Positions 41,890 through 56,002 of a stretch of 64,000 nt of DNA are shown one piece after another. The notes under the pieces were generated by a model. It was not told where the DNA came from. It did no database searches and saw only the letters and a program-made list of their open reading frames with translations. The DNA comes from Octopus sinensis. Its lineage: Eukaryota. The translations under genes and the position numbers were made by a program. The stretch's first letter is position 1. The number at the start of each line of letters is the position of its first letter. Location: the NCBI RefSeq assembly GCF_006345805.1, contig NC_043002.1, forward strand, positions 120,156,001-120,220,000, read 5' to 3'.

Positions 41890-42340
41890 TTTAGATATTT
41901 AGTTTAGATACTTTCTTTAATAAAAAGTAATTCCATTGCCTTCTGATAGTTTGGATCATCGCTTGGGCATTTGGGAAAAGGTGACATCTTAAATTTGCTG
42001 TTTCCGCATATTTCCAGATGCTTGCTCAGCGGAATCTTCCGTAATTTTTTCGTGTGATGTGTTGTCTGTGGATTCTTACACGTCGGCAATGGGAATTATT
42101 GATTTTGCCAATATAATTATTTTCGTGATTGAGACAGGTTATGCAGTTTATTAGAATTTGTGTCTTGCAGTATATTCGCATTAGACTTTGTGTATTAGAT
42201 TTTGTGTCTTGCAGTATATCTGCATTTATTTGGAATAAATTCAGCATACCTGCATTTATTCCGGAAGGAGAATCCACTTTTAAATTTTATATAGGAACCA
42301 GTGTCCAGATATTTAAAATCGTTGTTGTTACATATATTTC
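41890..42340 (-). pseudogene. Penelope GIY-YIG endonuclease remnant, frameshifted
   Basis: ORFs 42026-42277 and 41904-42089: LINCITCLNHENNYIGK...RVRIHRQHI and LRKIPLSKHLEICG...F...PF...KAMELLFIK fit the PLE GIY-YIG motif order. Confidence 0.85.
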
Positions 42341-44643
42341 GCTTCTAGTTTTTATACGGTATATATACGAGGGAAAGTCAAAAATTATACGTTCGTTTGT
42401 TTTGTCACTGTATTTACACAAAAGCAGGAGATAAACAAGTAGGTTCTTTTTTCTATATAGTCTCCTTATATAGGTGAAAGTAGAGAGGAAAGTTTTGTCT
42501 AGTGAATGTTTCAAAAAAGATGTGTGAATGTAGCAATGATGGCACGTGTGAATGACGGAACCACTTTGAACATAATCCTATGAACCAAAAAAAGAAGAGA
42601 AAAAACAGTCACTTAGCTATCTAGCTATCTTTCTTGAATAGCTTCCTTTTTAAGTACTGCATAAAACAAAATAATTTAATACCTAATTTTTTATCGTTTC
42701 TGCTTAAGATTTTAGGACTACGCGCCTCATATATATTTTGCATTCTTCATGAAGGTCATTATTTATTAACAAGAATTCATTCCAAATTTTATTTCGTCTT
42801 TTTCCTGCTAAACAATTGTCAACATTTTACCGTGTTGTCCTTGATACGTATATAAAAATAATTTGTTTTCGATTTTGTTTGAGGAACGTCTAGAAGAGAT
42901 GGCAGTGCGCTTGTCTTTCCCAGTCTCTCACTTGATGCCCTTGAAACTTTATAAAGCAATGATTTCTAGTGGCCCAGAATTCTGAGAGTATCAAACCGCA
43001 GTGATTTTGCTGATCTTGAGCCGAGTGTTAAGCACAAACAGTGTGGTGAGAGGTGTAGAGATAAGTAGGATTGAAGAAGTCGAATGGAAATGGCATGAAC
43101 CCAGTGAGCTCTGAGAAACAGAAACCATTATAGTATTATTACATAGCATAAAACCATATCTGAACCAGGGGTTTAACCGTTGGAAATGAACACATGGTCG
43201 AAAATGCCTGTGTTAAATTGCTCAGATGAACTAATCTGTTAATATAAACAGACACCATGAGGTTTTATAGTTTGATTGACTATTTAACTAGAGTTTTCCT
43301 GATATAGTCATAAGTAATGCATATCAATCCTTGAGAATAGCACATGAAGAAATGGGTATGTTTGTAAATTGTCGGTTGCCATGCAAGACGACGAACAATC
43401 GTGCGTAAGGGACCCCAGAACGAAATAGCACAGATTATATCATCAATTTATAGATTATATATAATATGTTGTAAAGTGATGGTACCGTGTTCTGGACAAT
43501 TTGCATGGATGGATTTCAAGATCGACATAAGGTATATTCAGTTGCTCTTTTTTTACCATATTAAATGAATGATTGATTTGTTAGCGATTTTTAGCAAATG
43601 TGGAAAATAACTATCATCTATTTATACAATTGTCTCTAAATACTGTTATAAACATATTAGTTTTGAAAACATAGGTTCAGAAATAGACAAATTTCTGCGT
43701 TTACAATGAGTATTTATACACATTGCGCTTGAATTGGTTCTATATTTATGTGTCGTTGTGCAATCATTTAAAGTGTGTTTGTCTGAGTGTGTTTGTATAT
43801 GAGTGTAGATGTACATATAAAGTATGTGTGTTTTTCTATGTGTGAAAGTAAATATATTTATGCTTATATTCCAAAGAAAGCTATTGACAATTAAATAAAT
43901 CTCTGTTAGTCGCAGTATTGAAACCTCAGGTTTGAATTTAGCAACAGAATTTATTGAAAATGTCTTCATAGCTATAACTGTTATGAAGGAAAGGAATTTT
44001 TGTCAAAACCATAGATTTCTAAAATATGAACATCAAATTATTTTTTTTATTTTTGTAGCTTTGTTGCTGTTACTCCTATAAGTTTAGGAGAATGTTTCTG
44101 ATCTACTTAGGCCTTCCATAACCGATGGGGTAGATATTGTTAATGTTCTGCTTGAAATGGTGCAAGTCAACAGCTGCTGGAAACTTATATGCTAGGTATC
44201 ATGTACTGCTAATTAGAGTCGTATCTGGGGCAGAGATACAACTTTGTCAGTAGAGTCCAGACATGATAGGGGACTTGAGAACAGTTATCTCTGTGTTGTA
44301 TAGGTAATTGTAGTCACATTAAAAAAGCAGAAAAAGGGAGAAATCACATCTTTCTTTAAAAACCTTCTATGATATTTGTGGTATAAGCTCAACATCATTC
44401 CAGGAGTGGGAGCATTAATACATTGAGACTGAAATATTTTGTGACTCTAACGAGAAATACCAATCTTTGCTATGTTGTAAATGTTCGTCCACTTCATTGA
44501 GCCAGAGACCTAGCATTTGGAGCGATGCTGAAAATTCTAGGAATGCATAAAACACATTTAATGAAATAAGCTTTGTTATTTTTTAATATGCGCAGAGATA
44601 CTATTATTTTGAAGCAGTAGAAGACAAAATTTGTATCACATGA

Positions 44644-45099
44644 CTATACAATGATCTTGTGGGTTTTGCTGCCGTAGTTAGTGTGGGGTTGGGGTGTGTG
44701 GTGTCTAGGATGGATAGATAACATTTTACCGTAGAATGGTGCGTAGGAATTGTTGCTGTTGGAGCTGTCAAAATATATGTCATTGATATTCAAGAGTAAT
44801 ATTATAGTGGACGAAATTGAAGCATGGAGTACACCATAATTCATAAGGTGTTTGTCTGAGAAGGCTCTATCTCTAAATGACTCGACAGTATGATCTGATG
44901 AGAAATCACCGATTATGACATGACACAGGGACGGACCCCATAGCTGAGCATTTGCGACGAAGTGTTTGCATACCAGATATCGCTGAAAAATTGGCTGAGG
45001 TTTGGCATAAAAACGAATTTCACCAAAGTTATTAAAGTTTGCTTCGACTACATCTCCAAAGTATGAAATTATGAGTTGCTCATAATTAAATAAATACAT
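44644..45099 (-). pseudogene. Possible APE-like endonuclease fragment of transposon origin
   Basis: 151-aa non-repetitive ORF. FYAKP...VIIGDFSSD...ST....INDIYF loosely follows the APE order YR.P / IILGDFN / T....ID.I. Confidence 0.35.
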
Positions 45100-45427
45100 A
45101 CATTAAATAATACATACATGCATGCATATATATGTAGGTGTGTACGTGTTGTGTGTGTATGTGTGTGTGCGCCCGCGTGTGTTTATATAAGTATATATTT
45201 ATGCACGTATGTCTATGTTCACGTATGTCTATGTCATAATCGGTGATTTCTCATCAGATCATACTGTCGAGTCATTTAGAGATAGAGCCTTCTCAGACAA
45301 ACACCTTATGAATTATGGTGTACTCCATGCTTCAATTTCGTCCACTATAATATTACTCTTGAATATCAATGACATATATTTTGACAGCTCCAACAGCAAC
45401 AATTCCTACGCACCATTCTACGGTAAA
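44725..45427. repeat. Apparently perfect 197-bp inverted duplication (44725-44921 and 45231-45427)
   Basis: Both arms give the identical peptide VIIGDFSSDH...APFYGK on opposite strands. Confidence 0.95.
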
Positions 45428-46072
45428 GTTCATCAACTTATATATCATGCATGATCAGCTACCAAATAGTTGAGGATACGTATATATATTCTATGCATCT
45501 GGGAATGACCGACAGTAGGCGATAGGATATCTGCGATTGAAGTTAACGCTGATGGGTTATTTTCGGTTTAAGAGACAATGCTTTAATGCTATGAAAAGCA
45601 GTTTGGTCTGGGGTCGTTGATATTACTGTAAAGGGGAAGATAAAGTTCCATTTTATATTATATTATACTAAAGCTTTTAAGGATTACGACTTGTGAAAGA
45701 ACCTTCAACACGATAGATTCAATTTAGTAGATGCAAGAACTTTTTAAAAATTAAAAAGAGGAAACAATCAAATAATTAGTAAGAAATGTTGACATATCCA
45801 ATCTCATTCGTGGTTTATTTTCAAATATCGATTGATGTAATTTTGATTTTTATCTTCGCGAAATTTACTTCAGTGATTTACATCTTGGGTTGAAACAGGA
45901 AACAATGTCCCATTACCTAAATATGTAATACTTTACCGCAGACTTCTATTCAACAAACATATGTGTTCCAATAGGATCGACACTATTCCTTTTTAATGGA
46001 AATGAAAGGTGGCAGAATATATCGTATTTGTTCCATTATATCGAGGTATTTTAAGATATTTTTTAACGTTAA

Positions 46073-46265
46073 AGGCGGCGAACGTAAGCAGAATCGTAAG
46101 CGCGCCGGGAAAATGGTTCGTTCTGAGCTCAAGTTCCGTCGAGGTCGACTTTACGTTTCGTCCTTCGGTGTAGAAAAATAAGTACCAGTTGAATACTGGG
46201 TTTGATGTAATCGACTTATCCTCTGCCCCAAACCTGATGCTCATGTACCAAAATTTTAAACCAAT
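46073..46265 (+). mobile_element. SINE family B, diverged
   Basis: aggcggcga...gaggtcgacttt...aagtaccagttgaatactggg. Confidence 0.75.
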
Positions 46266-47791
46266 ATTCCTTACTGTTTCCAGATTTTAAATGCCGTCAA
46301 AGAAATAATGATCATACCGTGATTTAGAGTCGCAACAGATTTTTTTCCCTTTATAATTTCAATTGTTGATCACTTTAATACCGAATATTGTTGTTATAAA
46401 TCATAAAGTTGGAATACATCTAGTAATGTAACTAATTATGTATGAACAACACCAGTATTTATTGTAAAGATAATATTTCGTCGGCGTTAGAAGAGAGAAG
46501 AGGGCCAAGAAGAGATAATTGATTAATTTCTAGCATGATATAACTTTAACGGAGATGGATCGGATATAATGAATACTATGACACGAGAAGTGGAAAATAT
46601 GATAAACTCTTCTGACAAACTTTCTCTCATCTTCCCTTTATTTTCCCTTTTTTATTCTTGTTTCTATATCATACATCAGCCCCTTCCCTTTCTTCTCTGA
46701 ATTAGTCTAGAAATTTAATATTTATCGGTTCCGCTATTGAACGATGAATGTAAATTAGGTGAAAAAAAGAAACTAATTTGCTTAATATTAGGAATAAACA
46801 CTTGTCGAAGACAATCGGAAATTAATAAATTATATTTCGATTTACTATTAGCAATAAGTTAACTTTTTACATTTTTTTTACATTTGGAGAAGATACTTTC
46901 TAATTCATCGATCATATAGCGATAATAGAAGTAATTTTATCAAGCATCAACAATATCAGACCAAGTACTTGATAAACTTCATGATTTTTAGAATAAATAT
47001 TTTCAACTTTTCATTGTAAGAGAAACAAATACTTACACTAATTAAAGCCATTATTAATTTTTAAAAAAATAATAGCAGAGAATAAAAGAGGCAGTAGATT
47101 ACTAGGTCAAATATATTGTAGACATTATTCAGATACATTTCTTGAGTAAAGTTCTCCGGAACCAATTTAGTCTCCCATGATTCCAGGATTAATAAAATAA
47201 GTACTCATCATATGTCATGTACTAGGGGTTTTTTTCAGTCTGAAATACCCGAAGCCTACACATTTTTGGCCTCAGATTTGCACCAATTTAAGAAATCATT
47301 TTAAAATCAATAACTGAAATCACAAATTAGGTTTTATTCTGGATTTCGTTTTACTATTTCTACCATTATAACCTCTATATATTTAAGATAGCTCTCCTAT
47401 ATCTATGAAGATATATACAGGTTGCCCGCATTTTTATTAGGTTTGGGGTGTTATATTAGAACTGTTTATGATAATCTGCATGAATGTCTAAAACATCCAG
47501 AAACAATGATTGTATTATGTGCATTGGAGGTTGTTTCAATGACGGAGGAATCCCCAATAACTTCTGCAATTCATAGCAGAGCATTACCTGCATTGTCATT
47601 TTCATCGCTAGCCATCAAAGGAAAAGCAATCATAACGCAAACACTCTAGTAAAACACTCACAACTGAGAGTGCAATAGTAAATGCTTAATCCAATCTGCC
47701 ATTTGTTTTCGACCCGGATACAAGGGTGAGCGGTTTAAGTTTTGCCTTTTTCCGTCCAAGAATATTTTAAGCCATTGCTGCATCACGAAGC

Positions 47792-47842
47792 TTTGTCAGT
47801 GAACAGGTCGCGGTCTCAAAACGACGAAAATATTTTGACAAA
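47792..47842 (+). ncRNA. Minimal type I hammerhead ribozyme (G3-C8 swapped core)
   Basis: tttgtca-GTGAACA-g gtcg cggtctcaaaa cgac-GAAA-atat-TT-tgacaaa. Perfect 7-bp stem I, palindromic stem III, about 80 bp upstream of a (TA)n. Confidence 0.75.
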
Positions 47843-48214
47843 TTAAATTGAAATGTTGAAGTGAATCTAACGGTTTTGTGTGTTTCTTAAATGGCTTATA
47901 AACACCTTCCACGCTGCAATTGTTATATATATATATATATATGATGGACACTGACGATCTGTACCAGTGGATGTGTTGTGCATGCTTGTATAAACGTCAT
48001 ACATTTAGGACTACAGAACTCTATCTGGTTCACAGATAATAATCCCGTACACACATACTCATATGCTCGTTAGTACAATTAAACATGCATTGACACTTAA
48101 TACATAATCACATGTGTGTACAAATTAACGGAGTCCGTGAGTTTCAATTTAATATATTGACTTGCAGATTATAAAAAACCATATACGTACACATGCAATA
48201 CTAGATCTTGCAAT

Positions 48215-48248
<34 letters not shown>

Positions 48249-48884
48249 CTAGCAGTATCGCCCGGCGTTGCTCGGGTTTGTAAGGGAAATAACTATATAA
48301 GCATTTTTAGAGAGTTATAGCCAAAAAATAGCAAAAATGCATTAAAAATGGAAAAAATATGATGGTAATTTTTTTTTAAATCGTTGACTCATCGTAGACA
48401 TTTTTAGAGAGTTACTTCCCTTATATAATAGCGAAAAAATGCATTAAAAATGGAAAAAAAAACGATGGTAATTTTTTTTTTAAATCGTAGACTCATGTAG
48501 ACGCTTTCTTAGCCATTTCTGTTTTGGTGTCTTCAAGCCATGAAGTCCTTGTTCTAAAAGAACGCTGGTCTCCTTGACAACGCATTACGACGTTGATTTC
48601 CTTACACTCCCTTCCCCACAGGTGCAGGTGTGAGCGTGGACGCCAACTCCGCCGCCATCGACACACGAAAAATTATGCATTAAAAATGGAATAAAAAATG
48701 ATGTTAAATTATTTTAAATCGTAGACTCATCGTAGACGCGCGCTAATACTCAGACGGGCTCGATATGAATCACGACTATAAGCTACCCGAATTTGGTTAA
48801 ACTGCACCGCAAAATGTGGGAGTAGTTAGGAATCTAAATCGAAGGGGACAGACACTCACACAACTACAGTTTTATATATATAGA
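48249..48884 (-). mobile_element. Non-autonomous Helitron with internal subrepeats
   Basis: Minus strand: A|TCtatatatataaaactg ... cccgagcaacgccggg hairpin ... CTAG|T, no target duplication. Three internal copies of tgcattaaaaatgg...aaatcgt.gactcat. Confidence 0.85.
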
Positions 48885-48894
48885 TATACATAGC

Positions 48895-49495
48895 GCAGTC
48901 GTGGTGAGATGTGACAGCAAAGAAAAGCATACATTCACTCTCTGCATGCAATTAGACTCGGAAAGTTCGTGAGGAACCCATTGACCCAATTTGCTGACTT
49001 TTCCGATGGCACACAGGTCTCAATGAATGGTTGAATGACCAAATCCAAGCTTCTCTGCAAGTTCCTCAACAGTTACGATGAGATTTTGTTCCACCAGGGT
49101 TTTCAGGATGTCCTTGTCGAGTTCTACAGATCTTTCAGGATGAGGCTCGTCTTCTAGGCTGTAGTTTATGGCTCGGAATTTCTGGAACCACCATTGACAC
49201 TGCCTTACGCTTATTGTCCAATCCCCATATACTGCATTAATATTTCTTGTACTTTCCGTTGCGTTGTTGTCTTTATTGAACTCATAAAGCAAAATATGCC
49301 AAATATGCTCCTTTGTTACTTCCAACATAGCTTTGAAAAAAATAGCTGTTAAAATCGAAATGCACTCTTCAAAACTTGCACTATGAATAAGGACAAGATA
49401 AAATTACTACCTGCTTTTATAGCAAGTTAATATCAGTAGTTTATTCCATTCCCCTCTGACTTTTAGTTCAAGCTGTTGAAAAAACCGCATTATTA
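48895..49495 (-). mobile_element. Mariner element 5' part (HTH region of transposase)
   Basis: ORF 49020-49328 (HILLYEF...INAVYG...QWWFQKFR...SLEDEP...TVEELAEKLG) continues past a stop to KLGQWVPHEL. Confidence 0.9.
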
Positions 49496-49622
49496 TATAT
49501 ATATACGTACATACATACATACATACATATACACACACACTCTCTCTCTCACACACATGCACACATTTATATTCTGTTATTCTTTTATATGTTTCAGCCT
49601 TGAGGTTGTGGCCATGCTGGAT

Positions 49623-49656
<34 letters not shown>

Positions 49657-50436
49657 TATCTGTCTGTCTATCTGTATGTATATATGTATATGTATGTGTG
49701 TGAACAATAATATTTTCAACAGATGTGTTGCAAATGTATCTGATTGTTCTCAAGCTTCAATACTGTGTGTGTGTGTATGTGTGTGTGTGTATGTATGTAT
49801 GTATATGTATGTATGTATGTATATGTATGTATGTATGTATGTGTGTATGTATGTATGTGTGTGTATGTATGTATGTGTGTGTGTATGTGTGTGTGTATGT
49901 ATGTATGTATGTATGTATGTATGTATGTATGTATGTATGAGTGTATGTTTACTTTATTACTAACACAAGCCACTACGGTTATTTAATGTAAAGTCTTCCT
50001 CAAATCACTCTCTCTCGCTGTTTTCTCTCTTCCAAGAACATTTTCACTCACTCTTATGTCTTAGCTTCCCATACATTTTACTCATGTATCTATAAGCGTC
50101 ATAGACAGAAACAAATATTACATCGCCATCGTCACCGCATTCTATTGTCTACCTGTCAAAACACTGAATTACTTTCACTTTATTCGTAGCACACTGTGTG
50201 TGTGCGTTTGCGTGTGCTGTAAACCAGACTAAGAAAAGCATTTGACATACACACCAGAATGTGAGTTTTCTGTAAATTTTGCTTAATTTGAGTTTAAATT
50301 TTAAAAACTGGACCTGGCATGACCCGATGCATTCTACTCTTAAAAATGCTAGGTAAATTGTAATTGAAGAAATCCTATATTGTAGATTTCTATAAGATAC
50401 AAAGGGAGGCAGATAAAATCTGCCTTTTATAATAAG

Positions 50437-50481
<45 letters not shown>

Positions 50482-52832
50482 CATGCATATATGAAAGCTA
50501 TCTCTCTGTCGTACATCAAGCAAGCAGTTTTTACATTGAAAATTCCATATAAACTCACGCATATACTGTGATATCTTCATAGACACATCAATGCATTTAC
50601 AGTTAACAACTTTTGAGTGGAAGAGCATTGCATATACATTAATTAGACACATTAAGTTCCACTAACTTACACTTGCATGTGAACACATGTTGCATTTTCT
50701 GCGCACATGCATATGCCAAAAATATTCTTCGCGCTTTTTCTCTCTCCCTATAGATACATAGTCTCTCTTTCTCACACAAATGTGTATGTGTGTGTGCGTG
50801 TATTTGTCCATACATATGTATGTATCGGTGTATGAGTGTATAAATGTATAAACCTAAGTATACACACATATAAACGTATCTATACACGCACACACACATG
50901 CATATAAATATAAAGGTTTGTATATAAAGAAATTGGAATATATTCTGACCTCACAGTATTCTTTTTTTGACGAACTTTTAAGTATATACGTTCACACAGA
51001 GGTTCAACGTCTAATAATATTACGAAACTAACATAACCATATACATTTATATACACACTTGTGCATATATATGATTACGTTTAAACACATTACAACAGTT
51101 ATAAGTGGTCATAAAACAAATTGAGCGAATTTCATTGACAGTTTCTTCATCGTTTTATTGTGTCAAAGATGTACTCAGATGCTGGTTGTTGTAATTGTTT
51201 ACACTGCTGTTGATTTTCTTCTCTCTTCATAACTATTAATGTAGTTGCTGTTGTAATTGTCGAAACCATCGCCACTTTTGTCATATTTTTCCTTTCTTCT
51301 TATTTTTTTCTTATCAACGCAGCACTTACCGAAATGAAATAACGAAAGCAAAACACAAAACCTAACAACTTGCTTCGCAAAATGATTTTTAAATATTACA
51401 TAAAAATACAACTATATAAATGCGAAATTGAAAATATTTAAAAAAATCACGGTAGAGTAAAAACTAAATGGAAACATACTAGCAGATTTAAAATCTGCTT
51501 TATCGATTAAATGTGCTGTAGTTGCCATCTTGATGTTTACTGGAGAAGAAAGTAACATATAAACAAGCGTCATAGAATATTTGCCGTAGCTGGCGTGAGT
51601 GCCCACGTTTATAAGGTATTGATTTTATGCTTGGTCTACTACATTTTTCGGAAGGTACTTGTCTGAGCACTTAACCAGTTTTAGAGGTTAAGCTAAGTGA
51701 CTGAACAATCTCTAAAAAGCAAGAAATAGATTAATATGAGTCATCGGTAAGTTTACTACAAAGCTAAAGCCTTTTTAATATCATGAAGGAAACTGTTACC
51801 AAGGTTGTTACAAAATTTATATTTCCACTTTCATTAAACTGTTCCATAAACATCACTGGGGCCAAATCTCCTTAAAATTGCTTCTTTCCACTTCTGTTGC
51901 TGTGGGCTGGGGGTGGGGGTTAAATATTTTTTAAACAGAGAGAGTATTTTGTATACTCTAGAAGATTGTTAAACTATCTTTAGGTGAAAAGAAATGTTTA
52001 GGACATGGACACTGAAAGCAGCCAATACTTGGATATGACCTTACCAACTCAACGCCGTTCGACCGACAGTTTATCGATAACGGCTGTTGCATCCATCTGT
52101 TTGTATGCATTTTCTGCAAACAATATTTGAAGACATGTTTATAATTGAATCACTTATCACTCGAGTAAATGGAAAATATTCTAAAAACTTAAGGAAAGTG
52201 TTTGACTGCCATATGTATATTTCAATTCACTACACAAAAGGTGTTTCATTCTGTGCAAATTCCATTTAGCCGTCAGAACAAATCAAGAGTATGGACTGGA
52301 AATTGAAAATAACTTCGAAGAAATAAAAGTAATATTTCAAAAAATAATGATGATGAGCGGAGGAGGAAAGAACGTCATCTGAATACTGACAATTGGTGAA
52401 ACAAGAAATGATTTAAGGATTGTGTGCATTGACAGGAATAAAATCTGTTTATATTATAATCCACTTTACGTGTACATATGTAAAATGAATTCTTCAATAT
52501 TAATATCCATATTTCATAATAGATGTTATTTTCAGTTTTATTTATTGCAATTGATAAAGAGTTTTAAAATGACGTAGTTTCGTTTGACCGAAAGTTATTG
52601 CTATTTTATATATTCTTAATTGTGATAAACGTAAATCGTCCCATTCTAGTAGCTCTCTAAGTAATATTCAATGTTTGAACAACGTGTGTGTCTGTGTCTG
52701 TGTCTGTGTCTGTGTCTGTGTCTGTGTGTGTACAAGCTAACAGAAACATTCATGTATACTTATATAATCATGTATATATGCGTATATGTATGTATTTATG
52801 TATGCTGCTCTATGTATGTGCATGTATATATA

Positions 52833-52962
52833 CAGGGTGTCCCAAAAAATGTATACACATAGTGGTTCGGCAAAAGAGAACGATAGAATAAGTACTAGGC
52901 TTACAAAGAATAACAAATTTACAATTATTTAAGGTGTGTATACATTTTTTGGGGACACCCTG
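52833..52962. mobile_element. Tc1-type MITE containing a SINE A fragment
   Basis: TA|cagggtgtcccaaaaaatgtatacaca ... tgtgtatacattttttggggacaccctg|TA. The interior 52861-52913 matches SINE A. Confidence 0.85.
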
Positions 52963-53389
52963 TATATATGTGTGTGTGTGTTTAAGTGTATATGGTGTGT
53001 ATGTATGTGTTTATGTGTATATGTGTGTGTTTATGTGTATATGCATATGTGTGTGTGTTTAAGATTGCGATCTGATAATCGTTTACGTCTCCAATCATGA
53101 AAAAAATCGATGTCAATCATATTGAATACTTTCATGTATATTTCTTGCGTTTTGAGCCTTGAATGTATCAGTCACATAAGTTTGTTCGCAGTATTTACTA
53201 TTTTATATGATTAGTTGGCGGAAAATGAATCATATAAGAACAAAACATATTTGCATACCTAATGCATCAACATCGCTGCGAACCATTTGGTCATCAGCTT
53301 AATCCCCCACCGTTATATCTAAGATGATAATCTAACGGAATGCTGCGTCACTCTCCGCATGATGATGTAACAGCCAAGGAATATGTATT

Positions 53390-53512
53390 CAATTATTTGA
53401 CTGCGTCCATGCTGGATCAACGCCTTTAGTAGAAAAAAATCAATCCGCTAAGTTACGGGGACATAAACACACCAGCATCGGTTGTCAAGCAATGGTGAGG
53501 CGACAAACACAG
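53390..53512 (-). mobile_element. SINE family A fragment
   Basis: ccgctaagttacggggacataaacacaccagcatcggttgtcaagc. Confidence 0.75.
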
Positions 53513-53525
53513 ATACATAAACACA

Positions 53526-53578
<53 letters not shown>

Positions 53579-53804
53579 TTACGTCGCAAATTCTAACAAA
53601 AACTCTATTCGGCAATACTGAAATATATTAGTTCAGCTTTATCTTTAATTAACTATTACTTATATAACTTCAATATTGAAATCATTTGGTTTAAATATTA
53701 CTCTTCAGTAGCTTTTATTTTTATTACATTTCGTTTAGTTCCAGACTATTGGCACGTTTACTTATTTATATCTTTGTAATTAGATTTGATTTGCCGTTCA
53801 TTTA

Positions 53805-53848
<44 letters not shown>

Positions 53849-55734
53849 TTTCTCAATATTTCTTCACACACTCTAGTATTTCTAATTTGAAAGCAAAAAA
53901 GTATTAATGTGTATTATACCGGTGCATAACACGATTGTTTGTGTTAGTGAGTGCTAAATAAAAACAAAAAACAAAAATGGCACTTTTGAAGCCCTTAAGA
54001 TGAAAAAGAAAAAGAAAGCATTATTCAATAAGATCAAGAAAAAATTTCTTACAAAATAAATTCTTAGTTTTACATCATTTTGTACTTGCAGTGTCTTCTC
54101 CTTAAGGTTCAGATAGCAGAAACTAATACTATTTCTTTTTTAAATCTCTCAACGGAGAAAGTAAAATTAACAAAAACGAAAGCAGAAAAAAAAATCGTTT
54201 ACTAAAACATATCCTTTCTATTTTATATCTCGTAGCACTGTTTCTGTTCTAACGAGAATGCTAAACCAAACATAAGGACAAAATGTTATCGCTCAGTAAG
54301 AACATAATTGGATAGGTTCAGCATGCGAGCATATATACGCCTATGAGTATCTATAGACGATATTTCTTTCATGCATGTAAGTCAACAGTATACATGGTAT
54401 TAACAAAATATGTGATTATAAAGAAATACTGACGTATGTTTGTAGCTGGTATCAATCTGTTATTATCTTGAACAATTATTATATATTTGTGATTGTTACA
54501 CCAGCACCTGGTTATTCTGGCATATAATACTTAGTAGTTAAGGAATTATTGCAAAGCGGCAGAGGACACGCCAAAGCTAACCTCTTTCTCTTTTCTTGGT
54601 CACGAGTTAATAGTAACTAGCGAGCACCGTGAATATTTCACGGAATTAATGGTAAACATATTGGGTTATTTCTGAACACCTTATCCAAAAAACCTGAAAG
54701 CGTCGCTTGTGTTGTGTCTGTTTCGAAAGATAATCGCTTATCTGCTATCATTAAAAAATGAATGAAATTAGAATACGATGATTACTTAATGCACTTTATA
54801 TATACACATTATATACTTCATGCACAACTCTACAGACTTAATAGACAGCACTCTCCCTATTACTCTCTCATTCTTTGCCTTACCCTCTTTTCTCTCTTAC
54901 TTTTCTTTCGATCTTCGTCTTTCCCTTCAACTAATCACGTGAAAGTGTTACAGACGGGCTAAGTAACGGAGAAAAAACAGTTTTAAAAATTACACATTTC
55001 ACTCGCCGTTACCTCTTCCTTCCTTTCCTCTATCTTCCCTTCCCCCATCTCTCTCCTCCCTCCACACACTCCTTCCTACACACTCCCTTTCCCCCTTTTA
55101 TGGACAGGTTAAGTAACGAAGTGACAGGAAGAATTATTATAAGATTGGTCTCTTTTCAATTCACTTATATAATGAAGTAGTATATAATTACTGTATGTTC
55201 AAACTGATTCATCAAAGTAAGTACAAAACTATCTAGTAAAATATTTATCTGAGATAAACATTTCCCAGATTTAAATCTCTTAAAATATTTTTTACGCGTG
55301 AAATCCTTGTCAAAAAATGACCAGATTCATATATACATAAGTCAGTAATAAAATATTTAATGCGAAAAGCATTAAATAACGGACTAGAATTAATTAAGCG
55401 CTGGGGTAAAACAACATTAGTCATCGACTGATATGATTTTAATTATTTTGGCAAGTTCTAAAGACTACTGCAGCCATAGCGAACGTAGGCTTCATCGTAA
55501 CTGGCAGATGTAGAAATAATAGTAAATAAGTGCACCTATCCGATCGTTATTGATCACGAAGTGTTCCGATATCTAATTTATTAACTTCAAAGGAGGGCAG
55601 TCATGTGATGTTAAGCGAGATTGTATACAAGTTTATAATAATAGTAAAATCTAAAAGATTGATAAAATAATCCAGTTCACTGTCTTCCAGACACAGGCAA
55701 TATCATTAAAGAACATATTGAATCTTTTATGTTC

Positions 55735-55953
55735 CATCTTTTACGTCTTATTCACATTAGACTGCGGCCATACTTGGGCACCAGTTTGAAGAGTTTAGTC
55801 GAACAAATCGGCCACTATACCTATTTTTTAAAGCCCCGTACTTACTCTATCGGATTTTTTTGCCGAACCGCTAGGTGTCAGAAGCTTAAATATAAACATG
55901 TACATATATATCTGTGTGTGTGTGTGTGTGTGTGGTGTGTGTGTGTGTGTGTG

Positions 55954-56002
<49 letters not shown>

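Noticed and set aside
44890-44921. CTGATGAGAAA as a hammerhead
   Set aside because: No stem II and stem I does not close.
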